DNA of 38,205 bases from Octopus bimaculoides (Eukaryota). A program made the position numbers and the translations under genes. Of the stretch, positions 1-10,938 are shown in pieces. The first letter of the stretch is position 1, and each line of letters begins with the position of its first letter. The notes under the pieces were generated by a model, which was given only the letters and a program-made list of their open reading frames with translations, was not told the origin of the DNA and made no database searches. The DNA is taken from positions 28,703,829 to 28,742,033 of the forward strand of contig NC_068983.1 in assembly GCF_001194135.2 (NCBI RefSeq), given 5' to 3'.

Positions 1-2
1 CG

Positions 3-294
3 CACAGCTCTCACTAACCATTCTTTTATCCCAAGTTTCCTCATTGACCACCAGATAAGGGATCGGGGGACCCTGTCAAAGGCTTTCTCCATGTCAACGA
101 AAGCCAGGTACAGAGGTTTATCCTTGGCTAGGTATTTCTCCTGCAACTGTCTCACTAGAAATAAGGCATCAGTAGTGCTTTTACCTGGCACGAACCCAAA
201 CTGCATCTCATCTAAATTGATTTGCTCCCTAATTAGTTGGGCTATGACCCTCTCTGTAACTTTCATAACCTGATCTAACAGCTTGATGCCTCTG

Positions 295-296
<2 letters not shown>
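3..296 (-). mobile_element. RTE-clade non-LTR retrotransposon (LINE) reverse transcriptase fragment; 5'-truncated, continues past the left edge of the window
   Basis: Manual minus-strand translation is open for 98 codons: YRGIKLLDQVMKVTERVIAQLIREQINLDEMQFGFVPGKSTTDALFLVRQLQEKYLAKDKPLYLAFVDMEKAFDRVPRSLIWWSMRKLGIKEWLVRAV. It carries the RT motifs YRGI.LL, QFGF.PG.ST.DA.F, AFVD.EKAFDRV and IW..(L/M)R..G typical of RTE elements. It starts abruptly at the (TA)n tract at 297. The ORF track lists only the antisense ORF 91..273. Confidence 0.9.
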
Positions 297-326
<30 letters not shown>

Positions 327-329
<3 letters not shown>

Positions 330-610
330 TGGCTTAGCGGTTAGGGTGTTGCACTTGCAATTGTGAGATCGTGTGTTTGATTCCCAGACTGGACGCTGTG
401 TTGTGTTCTTGAGCAAAGCACTTCATTTCACATTGGTCTGTGATCATTTCGACATCTGACATGTAGCACCTTTTGCACCTATGCAGGTAGTGTCAATCTG
501 ATGGAAGGAGTGAGATTATGTCTACACAAACATTTGATCACTATAAACAAATCATCTGTGTGGGTGTTCGGTACGAAACTGACAAACCCTCATACGTTGT
601 GTAATGACAC
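327..610 (+). mobile_element. tRNA-derived SINE with CORE-like central block
   Basis: A-box-like TGGCTTAGCGGTT and B-box-like GTTTGATTCCC, followed by GTGTTGTGTTCTTGAGCAAAGCACTT (resembles the CORE motif TGTGACCTTGGGCAAGTCACTT). The same head occurs at ~13725-13830 (+) and ~20150-20270 (-). Confidence 0.6.
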
Positions 611-1077
611 GAGAGTCCATCATATATATATTTATTTATTTATACACACACATACATTCATGTGTGTGTGTGTATATGTATGTGTGTGTGTGTGAAGGCA
701 CGTAGCTTTGTCCCTTCTTAGTCACTAGATGTCCTTTTGAATTTTGAATTTTGAATTATTGATATGACAGTGTGTCACATGTGTTTGTATATTGTCTTTA
801 TTGTCCTTTTGGTTGAAAAATAAACAAGTTAATTAACATAGTACAGTGTCTGCAAGTTGATGAGTACCACATATTCCCCTCCATTTTCTTATTGATATAC
901 ATATATATNNNNNNNNNNNNNNNNNNNNNNNNNNNNNNNNNNNNNNNNNNNNNNNNNNNNNNNNNNNNNNNNNNNNNNNNNNNNNNNNNNNNNNNNNNNN
1001 NNNNNNNNNNNNNNNNNNNNNNNNNNNNNNNNNNNNNNNNNNNNNNNNNNNNNNNNNNNNNNNNNNNNNNNNNNNNN

Positions 1078-1128
<51 letters not shown>

Positions 1129-1387
1129 TATCTACACACACAGAGGTACAAACATAAACATACACACATGCGTATCTTCATGTATGAGTGTGTATGCTTG
1201 CATATATATGTATACATGTATGTATGAATATATAATAAAGGAATAAAGGAATACATTCTAGTGCACACAAACATGAAAAAGGAAAACCTCAATGCAAAAA
1301 CAAGAGCAATATAAGTGTATGCATATACATATGTGTAAGTATGTATATATATATATAAATGTACACATGTGTATGTGTATGTGTGTG

Positions 1388-1436
<49 letters not shown>

Positions 1437-1879
1437 ATATGTATGTATGTATGTATTTCATGCATTTTGCATGCATGTCCACACAGTATATTTTCAATAA
1501 AATAATTAGTTCTTTTGAGCTGAATGAGGCCAATTTGGCAATCAATATAATTGATTGATTCAGATTTAGTATCATACTGGTGCTTGTTGTATTAACTATG
1601 GAAGAAAGAAAGACAGTCAATCTTAGACTGAATAGAACTGAGAACTGTTTGAAAAAAAAAATCTGAACAAAGATATCATAAATCATCTTAACTCACTTAT
1701 TACTAACTCTGAAATAAAGCCATGCTCAGAGATAATTCAAGGAATTTGCATCTTAGAGTGTTTGGGAATAAATAGAAAACTGAATGTTTGTGTATAAATG
1801 ATTTATTTTCTTAGGAAAAAAATAAAAAGAATTTAAAGAATTTTTACAGAAACAAAACTACTTCTTCATCTTGTTCCTC

Positions 1880-1929
<50 letters not shown>

Positions 1930-2081
1930 GTTCAGTAGTTTTATTTTTATAACATGCTTTCACTTCACTACCGAACGCAGCTCTGTGCGCCTTGGGTATG
2001 TGCTGTGGTTTGCTGTGGTGCTCTCATGGTTACTGTATTGAAAATGTTTTGCGTAGAATGTATGCAGTACCCAGTAGTGCA

Positions 2082-2082
<1 letters not shown>
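1930..2082 (-). mobile_element. Extreme 3' fragment of an R4/Dong-like RLE non-LTR retrotransposon inserted within (AAT)n
   Basis: Minus strand 2080-2030 reads ALLGTAYILRKTFSIQ*, matching the C-terminal LLGTA.ILR motif of R4-clade ORFs and the end of the element at 2991-3865. About 100 nt of 3' UTR follows. (AAT)n flanks both sides. Confidence 0.7.
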
Positions 2083-2137
<55 letters not shown>

Positions 2138-2174
2138 TATTATTATTATTATTATCATCATCATTATCATTATT

Positions 2175-2389
2175 AAGGTGGTGAGCTGGCAGCATCATTA
2201 GCATGCTAGGCAAAATGCTTAGCAGTATTTTGTCTGCTACTTCATTCTGAGTTCAAATTCTGCCAAGGTCAACTTTGCCTCTCATCCTTTCGGGGTCGAT
2301 AAACTAAGTACCAGTTGCATATTGGGGCTGATTTAATCGAGTGGTCCCCTCCCCAAAAATTTCAGTCCTTGTGCCTAGAGTAGAAAAGA
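2175..2389 (+). mobile_element. tRNA-derived SINE with (ATT)n tail, copy 1 of a tandem trio
   Basis: Head AAGGTGGTGAGCTGGCAG, B-box-like GAGTTCAAATTC, central CTTTGCCTCTCATCCTTTCGGGGTCGATAAACTAAGTACCAG, end GCCTAGAGTAGAAAAG then ATT tail. Near-identical to 2446-2661. Confidence 0.8.
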
Positions 2390-2445
<56 letters not shown>

Positions 2446-2447
<2 letters not shown>

Positions 2448-2661
2448 GGTGGTGAGTTGGCAGAATCGTTAGTATGCTGGGCAAAATCCTTAGTGGTATT
2501 TTGTCTGCTCTTATGTTCTGACTTCAAATTCTGCCAAGGTTGACTTTGCCTTTCGTCCTTTTGGGATTGATAAATTATGTACCAGTTGAGTACTGAGGGT
2601 CGATGTAAACGACTGTCCTCCTTCCCAGAAAATCCTGGCCTTGTACCTATAGTAGAAAGGA
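2446..2661 (+). mobile_element. Same SINE family, copy 2
   Basis: Collinear with 2175-2389 along its length; flanked by (ATT)n on both sides. Confidence 0.8.
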
Positions 2662-2670
2662 TTATTGTTA

Positions 2671-2711
<41 letters not shown>

Positions 2712-2713
<2 letters not shown>

Positions 2714-2913
2714 GGAAATTAGCTGGTTGAATCATAAGCATGCCAGGCAAAATGTTTAGCAGCATTTCATCCATCTTTATGTTCCACCAAGGTCAACTTT
2801 GCTCTTCATCCTTTTGAGGCTAATGAAATAAGTAGCTGTCAAGGAGTGGAGTTGGTGTAATCAACTTACATGTTTCCCAAAATTTTAAGGCCTTGTGCCT
2901 ATAGTAGGAAGGA
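2712..2913 (+). mobile_element. Same SINE family, copy 3 (more diverged, B-box segment deleted)
   Basis: Collinear with copies 1 and 2 but lacks GAGTTCAAATT; ends GCCTATAGTAGGAAGGA then ATT tail. Confidence 0.7.
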
Positions 2914-2930
2914 GTATTATTTATCATTAC

Positions 2931-2990
<60 letters not shown>

Positions 2991-2991
<1 letters not shown>

Positions 2992-3865
2992 TTCATATAC
3001 ACTCACTAGATTAGACTGTTGGAAAAGAAAAGAATCCTAACATTGAGCTACAACAAGTAGCCTAAGATGACAAGAACCCTCCTATTGGGCTACAGCAAGT
3101 AACCTTAGATGCTAAGAACCCTCCTAAGTATTCTAGCTGTCCCTAATAACATTGTTTTCAGGAGCTGTACTAAACTGTGTTTTACGCTTATTTACTCTAT
3201 CCATCTGTTCAGATCTTTTGAGATAGTTTCAATGCACCTATAACTACTGGGATACATTTCACCTGCACTTTCCATAGTCTCTGTAATTCAATAGCTAGGT
3301 TCTGGTACTTTGCTATCTTTTCTATATTTCTCATATAAATTTTTTCCTCATTTGGGAGTGTAAAGTCAATTATCTGGCACTTTCTATTCTCTTTATCTAC
3401 TACTACTACTACCAAATCAGGCCTTCTAGCTTCAATTACACTGTCAGTCTGAATGTTGAAGTCCCACAACATCTTGTATTTCTTACTTTTGTGTACTTTA
3501 CTAGTTTCATGTTCATACTATTTATCAGTATGTTCAAATCCTAACTTTCTGCATAGCTCCCAGTGGATTGCTCTCCTTAAGATTGTCATGTATTTTCTTG
3601 TATTCTATCTGTGCCAGCATGCTACATTCACTTACTATATGAGTAACACTTTCTCTTTTGATTTACATAATCTACATTGGGAATCTACTTGGTTTTTTTT
3701 TATCCAATTAGTCCTTAATGCTTGATCTTGTGCAGCTACTAACAAACTTTCTGTCTCCCTCTTCAGCTTTCCTTTCTGCAAAAACAACCATGTCTCACTA
3801 CAACTATTTTCTGAAACTATCTTTGGGAATCTACCATGCAATGCCATCTCCTGCCAGTAAGATAA
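2991..3865 (-). mobile_element. 5'-truncated, frameshifted R4/Dong(Rex6)-like non-LTR retrotransposon: CCHC zinc knuckle, restriction-like endonuclease and 3' UTR
   Basis: Joining minus-strand frames gives WQEMALHGRFP...LQKGKLKRETESLLVAAQDQALRTNWIKKNQVDSQCRLCKSK/ESVTHIVSECSMLAQIEYKKIHDNL/AIHWELCRKLGFEHTDK*YEHETSKVHKSKKYKMLWDFNIQTDSVIEARRPDLVVVVVDKENRKCQIIDFTLPNEEKIYMRNIEKIAKYQNLAIELQRLWKVQVKCIPVVIGAL/TISKDLNRWIE*ISVKHSLVQLLKTMLLGTARILRRVLSI* (stop at 3107-3105). It contains the C-x2-C...H-x4-C knuckle and the RPD...D...K.K.Y RLE signature. The 3' UTR runs directly into (AAT)n at 2990. Confidence 0.9.
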
Positions 3866-4925
3866 TTGTGGCTATAAAATTAATTAGATTTAATGTGATG
3901 TGAAAGTCATTTCATTGGGAACATCTTTGAAATATGGAAAGCAAATCACCACTTGTACTATATCATAGAAAATGAACAAAAAATAAAATAAATATAAAAA
4001 CTAATCATAAAAAGACAGTACAGCTCTCAATCACAAGTGACACATATGAGGCTAGATCAGAAAGTAATGCAATTTTTATTTACATTTCTTTATATAAATT
4101 GTATTTGAGTGTATATAAACATCATAATTCTCATCATCCTTGTCATCATTGATTTAACTTCTACTTTTTCATGCTTGCATGGATCAGACAGAATTAAATT
4201 GAAGGAGATTTTCTTTGGTCAGATGCTTTTCCTGCACCAACCCTCACCTATTTCCAAACAGGGTAGGATTTCCATTTGGTTAGACATGGTTTTCACAGAA
4301 GATTGCAAGCAAATAACATCGCTATATGATGCTCATTAAGAATAATCATGTGATGTCAAGATGATGTATTCACACACACACAAACATCCATACATAAACA
4401 CTCATACACAAACACTCAAACACACACACACACACACACACATACATATCATTAGTGGATCATGTATCCGAAAAAGAAGTACACTCAAAACCATACATAT
4501 ATATATCCAAAACCAGACATATATTTAACTTCATGTAAGTATATATATATATAGATATATATATANNNNNNNNNNNNNNNNNNNNNNNNNNNNNNNNNNN
4601 NNNNNNNNNNNNNNNNNNNNNNNNNNNNNNNNNNNNNNNNNNNNNNNNNNNNNNNNNNNNNNNNNNNNNNNNNNNNNNNNNNNNNNNNNNNNNNNNNNNN
4701 NNNNNNNNNNNNNNNNNNNNNNNNNNNNNNNNNNNNNNNNNNNNNNNNNNNNNNNNNNNNNNNNNNNNNNNNNNNNNNNNNNNNNNNNNNNNNNNNNNNN
4801 NNNNNNNNNNNNNNNNNNNNNNNNNNNNNNNNNNNNNNNNNNNNNNNNNNNNNNNNNNNNNNNNNNNNNNNNNNNNNNNNNNNNNNNNNNNNNNNNNNNN
4901 NNNNNNNNNNNNNNNNNNNNNNNNN

Positions 4926-4967
<42 letters not shown>

Positions 4968-5168
4968 TGTGTCTGTTTGTCCCCCCACCATTGCTTAACA
5001 ACCAATGTTGGTGTGTTTACATCCCCGTAACCTAGCAGTTTAGCAAAAGAGACCAATAGAATAAATACTAGGCTTACAAAGAATATGTTCTGGGGTCAAT
5101 TTACTTGATGAAAGGCAATGATCTAGCATGGCCGCAGTCAAATGACTGAAACAAATAAAAGAATAAAG
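4926..5168 (+). mobile_element. Interspersed repeat (probable SINE 3' half) beginning with (TG)n
   Basis: Reverse-complement match to 29661-29917 (e.g. CATGGCCGCAGTCAAATGACTGAAACAA vs TTGTTTCAGTCATTTGACTGTGGCCATG). Confidence 0.7.
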
Positions 5169-7199
5169 GAAAAAACAATATATATATTTCAAATAATTAT
5201 AAAGAATATGGAGACAAGTACATCATCAAAACTTTTTTTCTCTTAATTGTTGATCAATATAATTTTGAGGATGTACCTGTCCCCATATTCTTTATAATTG
5301 TTTGAAATCTATACCCCTGATATTATTCATAATCCAGGGAAGAAAACCTATCATAAGAATTACAGTGAGATTGCTAATACTTTGCAATCATTGACACTTG
5401 GTACTACATGATATATACCTGAGAGTTACCACAGTACCCACCTGGATAGCTTTATTCCTATACACCTACATTATATATATATATGATGGGCTTTTTTTTA
5501 CTTTCTGTCTGCCAAATCCACTTACCAGGGCTATAATAAAAGACACTTGCAGAAGGTACTGTAGAGTGAGACTACACCTAAAACCACACCAATTAAAAAT
5601 TCTATGTTAGATCTTAGTGTGCTGTTACAATAGAAACATGTAACCTAATTTCTATTCAGTATTAAAGACTGCTGCTGATAAAGAACAGAGCAACATAATT
5701 TTAAATACAATACTTTATTAGCCTTTGACACTTTTCTCATTTATCATCATGCCACAAAGAATTTCACAAGAATTTTACAAGAACTTTCAATAAATTATTG
5801 GACAGAGGACAAGCAATGGAGAAATGACCAGTTTAAGCCTAGTACTTTTTATTCAATTATTTCTTCTTCTTCTTCTTATAATTTTTTTTTTTTTCTTTTT
5901 TTTTTTTGATAATTTCAGTCTTTGAAATGTAAACATTTCAAAGGCTTTAGAAAGTAAATTACCCTTTTGTAAAATTCATGTTCGTCTTTAAAAAAAATAG
6001 TGTTTGAAAAATTTTTAAATATAAGAAAGACTAAAAGACCTGCAATTCCAGCAAGCATATTAAATTAACTCTTTCCTACCCATTTTACTCAATAATAATT
6101 ATGACATCAAACGATAATTATTTTTTAAAAAAATAATTCCATTCTGTTCAATCATCAAATGTTTAATTATATTTTGCCTTAATGAGACAAAACTATTCAG
6201 AAATTTTCTTGTAATTCAAATAATGTTTTTTACTTGTATAATTATATATCATTTTCTGTTTATTTAGAAGTCTGCATTACTCTGAACTATATTAAGTGTT
6301 TCATTTTAAATTAATCTGACTGTTCTGTTATTTTTTAGAGATTATTGATATTTAATAGTGAACAGTTTTTAACATATTTAAATATGTTAATTTATTTAGC
6401 AATATATTGAGCTACTACAGAATTTCATCTTCCCCCGCAAAGAAAATCACCTCAGTTAAGTGATTCAGCATATTTTCTACATAACTGAAATGAAGCAAGA
6501 ATTTGCACTCTGCATAGTCAGCCACTCAGTCTGCTAGATATAACAGCCAAATTTCCCATAACTTCTAAGTTCTGGCATATCTGAACAATAGATCATGAGT
6601 ATATAAAATGAAGGCTGACGGGTTAAAAATGGGGACATTATTAAGATTATTTTAATGTAATTATAATGCTAATATATTTATGGAAAGTAAACAACTATAA
6701 ATACACCTTATTTTGCATACAAAAATAAATTAAAACATAAATAAATAAATAAAATGAATGTGATTAATCTGACATCTTTCATGACTGGTTGACACCCTCA
6801 CTCTTTTTTTCTATAGATAGGACTTTGTAGCAATCGTTATCTAAATCAGACATAGTCTAGGATCAAGATGAAATGGCTTAATAGACTATTTAATAAAAAC
6901 AGAGTTGAAACAAATCAACTAGCAGGCTATGGAGCAATAGCAGCCAAATTACTCTTAAATCACATTCTACTACATTAAAAAAGAAACAAAATACAAAAGA
7001 AAAAATGGGATAGGATGATCAGAGCTAGAATACTTTTGTTTATAGATCACTTCAGTCAAGGCTAACTAAGGTCTAAACCAGCAGTTCTTAACCTGGGGGT
7101 TGGGAATCCTGGGGAGAGGGTCGCTTGGGGTTTTTTGGGGTGTCACGGAGTGTTTGAGAGAAAATTATTAATTTCATGTATTTGAAGTATTGCACTGCA

Positions 7200-7722
7200 G
7201 CATTCAAGTGTAAGATTCAACTTTGCTAGAAAAGAGTTCAGTATGGTGACACTTTCTTCCTTCGGATGAAAACTATCCTGGATTCTGAATGCAGTGTCCA
7301 TGAAGAGAAGCTAAATGCAGTGTTCATGAAGAGATCTCAGCTCATCTGGAATTGAATGATGCCATCAGAAGTTACTCCCCAGGGCTGGATGACTGATGTG
7401 TGGATCCTGCAGACCCTTTTCAGTGAAGGACAGTGCCATCAGTGATACTGATGTTGCTGCAGATACTTAGTTGAAAGTCGATTGTTCTGAACAAGAGCTT
7501 CCGACATTTTCGGCAAAACTGAAGAACAACTATCTTCTTTTGATGTGTGCACTGACCATGCTGATCCAGTCCTTCTTGACCTATTACTGTGAGGCTGGAT
7601 TCTCAGCAATGATGGCACTGAAAGCAAAGGCAGGCAATAGGCTTGAGATTGATGCCAATATGAGGTGTTGTCTGTCAAGCACTGCTCCTTGCTTTGATAT
7701 ACTTATGGCTGCAAAACAATAA
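7200..7722 (+). pseudogene. Decayed hAT transposase C-terminal half including the dimerisation domain
   Basis: 7471-7722 reads LKVDCSEQELPTFSAKLKNNYLLLMCALTMLIQSFLTYYCEAGFSAMMALKAKAGNRLEIDANMRCCLSSTAPCFDILMAAKQ*, matching the Buster/Charlie/ZBED5-FAM200-type motif TY.CE.GFS....K.K.RNRL. Upstream broken frames give AFKCKIQL..RVQ.G, ISAHLE.LNDAIRSYSP and W..DPF-like segments, with stops and frameshifts. Confidence 0.85.
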
Positions 7723-7872
7723 CAATGAGTGAATAAATAGGTTTTGTATGATGTTCAACAGTTCCATGCATTTTTCAAGGTCTTTTATTTGTAACATTTT
7801 CAATAAATTAGGATCTTCATATAGTTTTGTTTTATCTTGCCTTTATGCAAGGTTTTATCTTACCTTTATGCA

Positions 7873-8050
7873 AGGTTCATCATTCCAAAATTTATTTTAG
7901 GGGTCATTATTACAAAATTTATCATTACAAAATTTTTCATATGGGTCATCATTCCAAAATTTATTAAAGGGGTCACCATTACCAAATTTATTATAAGGAT
8001 CATCATAACAAATTTATTATAGGGGTCATCATTACAAAATTTATTATAAG
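7873..8050 (+). repeat. Subterminal tandem array of the hAT element, about 7 degenerate copies of a ~25-28 bp unit GGGGTCATCATTACAAAATTTATTATA
   Basis: Units read directly at ~7873, 7899, 7921 (partial), 7943, 7968, 7996 and 8021. Confidence 0.85.
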
Positions 8051-8974
8051 AGACAGTCTCAAGGGGTAAGACAATGAAAAAGGTTAAGAACCACTGGTCT
8101 AAACAATAAATACAACATAGCTGAAAGTAGCCAACTAGCAGACCAAGTAGAAATAGTAGCAAAATTTCCCTAAAAAAAAACATCCTAGTACATATTGTAT
8201 ATAGAAGTCTTAGATACACTATGTAGGGAAAAAAACAAAAGATAGTATAATGAAGGCAGGAAGGTTTTTGATCAGTGAGTTGCTCAGTTGAGGCTCACTT
8301 AGGTCTAAAGAATAAAAATAACCACCACTGCTATGTAATAATCTAACAGACCCTAGCTGTCTTTGACTTCTCATACAGATTCATCTCAACATCTCAAGCT
8401 AAACAACCTACTACTTGCCAGTAGACCCTTTTCTTTATCTCAAGTGAACTTCTCCATTCCACTTCAGATTAACAAATTGAAAGAATTAGAAAAGTTGTAA
8501 TGTTTAAATGCAAGAATGAACAGAAAACTTGAAGAGTTGGTTACGGTGCAAGAACATAGGAAAATTTATGTGAGTTGTGTGCAAGAAATTATATACAAAA
8601 TATTTATTGGCAAGACTGATCACAGGAGTCTTTGTTGTTTATTTTTCCTCACCAAAGAAAATTAACAATATTGTGTTGTATGATATATCCTAAGCAGAAT
8701 AGTGGATAAAACATGTTATTGACATAGATTGATTGTGTAGCTAGAAATATGACAGAACTATTGTTGTCATTGTTATTGCTGTTGTATTTTATAGCCTTAG
8801 ATCAGTCCTGGTTGAGAAGATCTATAACTAAAGGCATACCAGCCATGACCATCCAGTCTTTTAGATATCTAGGACTATATTGTCTTGTTTTAAAACAAGA
8901 GGATGGGATTTGAGAAAGGTCTGGTTGCTATTTCTAACAGGCTAAGTAACCATACAGAGACTCCCTTACTGCAT

Positions 8975-9353
8975 CATTACCTATGCCTTAGCAAAGATGG
9001 AGGTATTGTTTTCAGTCATGTTTGTTTGTTTCTTGTCTGGGGACAAGATATCTCAAGAACTGCTGGATGAATTTGGATGAAACTTTCAAGGATATTTGGC
9101 CTCATGACTAGCACAAACTGATTAGATTTTGATATTGATTTGGTACCAGACAAGGACTCTGGATTATTTTTCCTGTTTTTTTTTTTTTTTACTTAATTTT
9201 TGAGAGTGGTCAGGTTCATCTTTAGTATTCTTGTTTGTGAGAGCAGTCGAGTTTATCTCAGATATTCTCATTTTAAAAATCATCCCTGGCTAATCGTTGA
9301 GAGGATGTTGGTGTTGCTTTGGCAGAGGTTTGTGCTCTCTGAGTACTCTTGTT
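8975..9353 (+). mobile_element. Non-autonomous Helentron-associated (HINE/DINE-1-like) element
   Basis: 5' imperfect stem-loop TACCTATGCC-TTAGCAAA-GATGGAGGTA, then a (TGTT)n microsatellite, then ATCTCAAGAACTGCTGGATGAATTTGGATGAAACTT. The 3' end has a sub-TIR GGCAGAGGT followed by a short hairpin GTGCTCTCTGAGTAC and T-rich flank. Assignment is from structure only. Confidence 0.6.
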
Positions 9354-10938
9354 TCAACTATTTCTTGTTGTTTAAGCTTGAACTAATTATGCACACTGAT
9401 AATAAAAAGTATTCCAGTCAGGACCATTCCTTTATTGTTACTTTTTTTAGGTTAATTTAAAGGCACATTGGTGACTATTTCTAGCAGAACAATCAACAGC
9501 ATAGATGATCCACAAATGCTCCATGAGTAGGAATGAGAAAGAAAAGAATAAGACTTATTGCAACAAAGCCAGAACTAAGGGACCTAACATAAGGAATCCT
9601 CAAGCATCTAATTAGAAATGGTGGAAAAAAAATTAGCTCAATGACTAATATATTATTTTATTTTGACAAGTACAAATAGATAACTCTACAGATGTTTCTA
9701 TCTTATTAGATTTCTTTAGCAAAGCATACATTTCACCATATTTTCAATGAGACAATCACAATGTTACATAAGTACATTTCTATCCAAGTTTTAGAATAGG
9801 TACACTGCATACCTGCATGTTGTAAGCAGCAACTAAGTGTTGATAACAGAAAGGATATCTGGATGTAAAATGCTGTTTGAATAAGAACCTTGTAATAGCT
9901 GATATCAAATTACTGATGGTTATTATGATAATGTTCAATCATGATTTACCCAGAAGAAACCATAAAACCAACACTGAAAATTAATACTTCCCTAAGGGAT
10001 GAAAATACAATTTATCTACTTAACTAGATTATGCTACACTTTTATTTATTTTATGAATCTTTATGTAATAAAAGAGTAAGTTCACCCCAATCAAATCTAA
10101 AAGCATAGCTATAAAATTCTGAACACAGCACATCACATCATTGTTTTATGTCATTTCTCATATTTACATAAGCTAGTTGGGCCTGTCTCAGCATCTTATC
10201 ACTTGTCACTGTCAGTTAGTAAACACATCAACATCAGATATACACAACAACAGAGAAAGCCATTAATTTCTATCTAATCTCTATTGCTGTGTATGTCAGA
10301 ATTTTTTGGCCTGGTTTTCATGGTTAAATGTTCTTCCTGTCCACAACATCTTGGGTTGGGTACATTTTATCATGCCACCTGCAGTGGTCGACTACCCTAT
10401 AGTATCTTTTAACTTGTCATCATCCTTCATCATCTCATATATACAGGACTACAGAGAGAACAACTAACCTTTATCAACATTTATGTTAGATTTTTTTTTT
10501 GGCACGTTTTATGCAATCAGACCTCCTTCCCATTCTTAACATCATGCATCCTGGGATAGGTGCAGTTTATTATGCCACACTGGCAATGGTTCACTCCAGT
10601 ATATTGCCTTTCTACTTGTTACTGTCAACATTTCATAAATTCTTGACAACAGAGAGGACTGCCATCATGCGTGTTATGTTTAATAAAATAGTAAGCCTAC
10701 ATTATGGTAAAAAGGACAAAAATAGGCTAACATTTTTGTTGAGATATTGTTCTAAATAAGACTCTGGTTTATAAAAGATATAGTAGATTGAAATTACATT
10801 AAACCCTGTCAGGATAGACCCTGCTTTTGGGTGGTAGACTTAATCCACTGTCTCAGTTAACATCACCACCTAATCCATGTGTGTCTTTAGTAGAGATCAC
10901 ACTGCTGCAAGTATAAGAACCAGTTCTTGTGTTTACAG

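Larger units (their letters stand above)
1883..2990. repeat. (ATT)n microsatellite scaffold split into five tracts by four insertions
   Basis: Direct reading: ATT tracts at ~1883-1929, 2082-2174, 2390-2445, 2662-2711 and 2914-2990. Confidence 0.95.
7079..8096 (+). mobile_element. hAT DNA transposon (Buster/Charlie-type) internal-deletion derivative with both ends intact
   Basis: Left TIR CAGCAGTTCTTAACCT (7079-7094) vs right AGGTTAAGAACCACTG (8081-8096): 14/16 inverted match. Perfect 8-bp TSD GTCTAAAC at 7071-7078 and 8097-8104 with a central TA. Contains transposase remnant and subterminal repeats. Confidence 0.92.

Noticed and set aside
798-1686. Several ORFs of 77-164 aa (YIYI, HTHT, CVCV, X runs); likewise 4460-5056, 23373-23890 (gap-spanning part), 29826-30969 and 33833-34779
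   Set aside because: Translations of (TA)n/(CA)n microsatellites and N gaps; no coding signal.
1954-3002. Poly-L, poly-I and poly-N ORFs
   Set aside because: Frames through (ATT)n tracts and SINEs.
8468-8665. Nearly open plus frame INKLKELEKL*CLNARMNRKLEELVTVQEHRKIY with a good gtgagt donor at ~8570
   Set aside because: In-frame stop after the only good acceptor; no recognisable motif.
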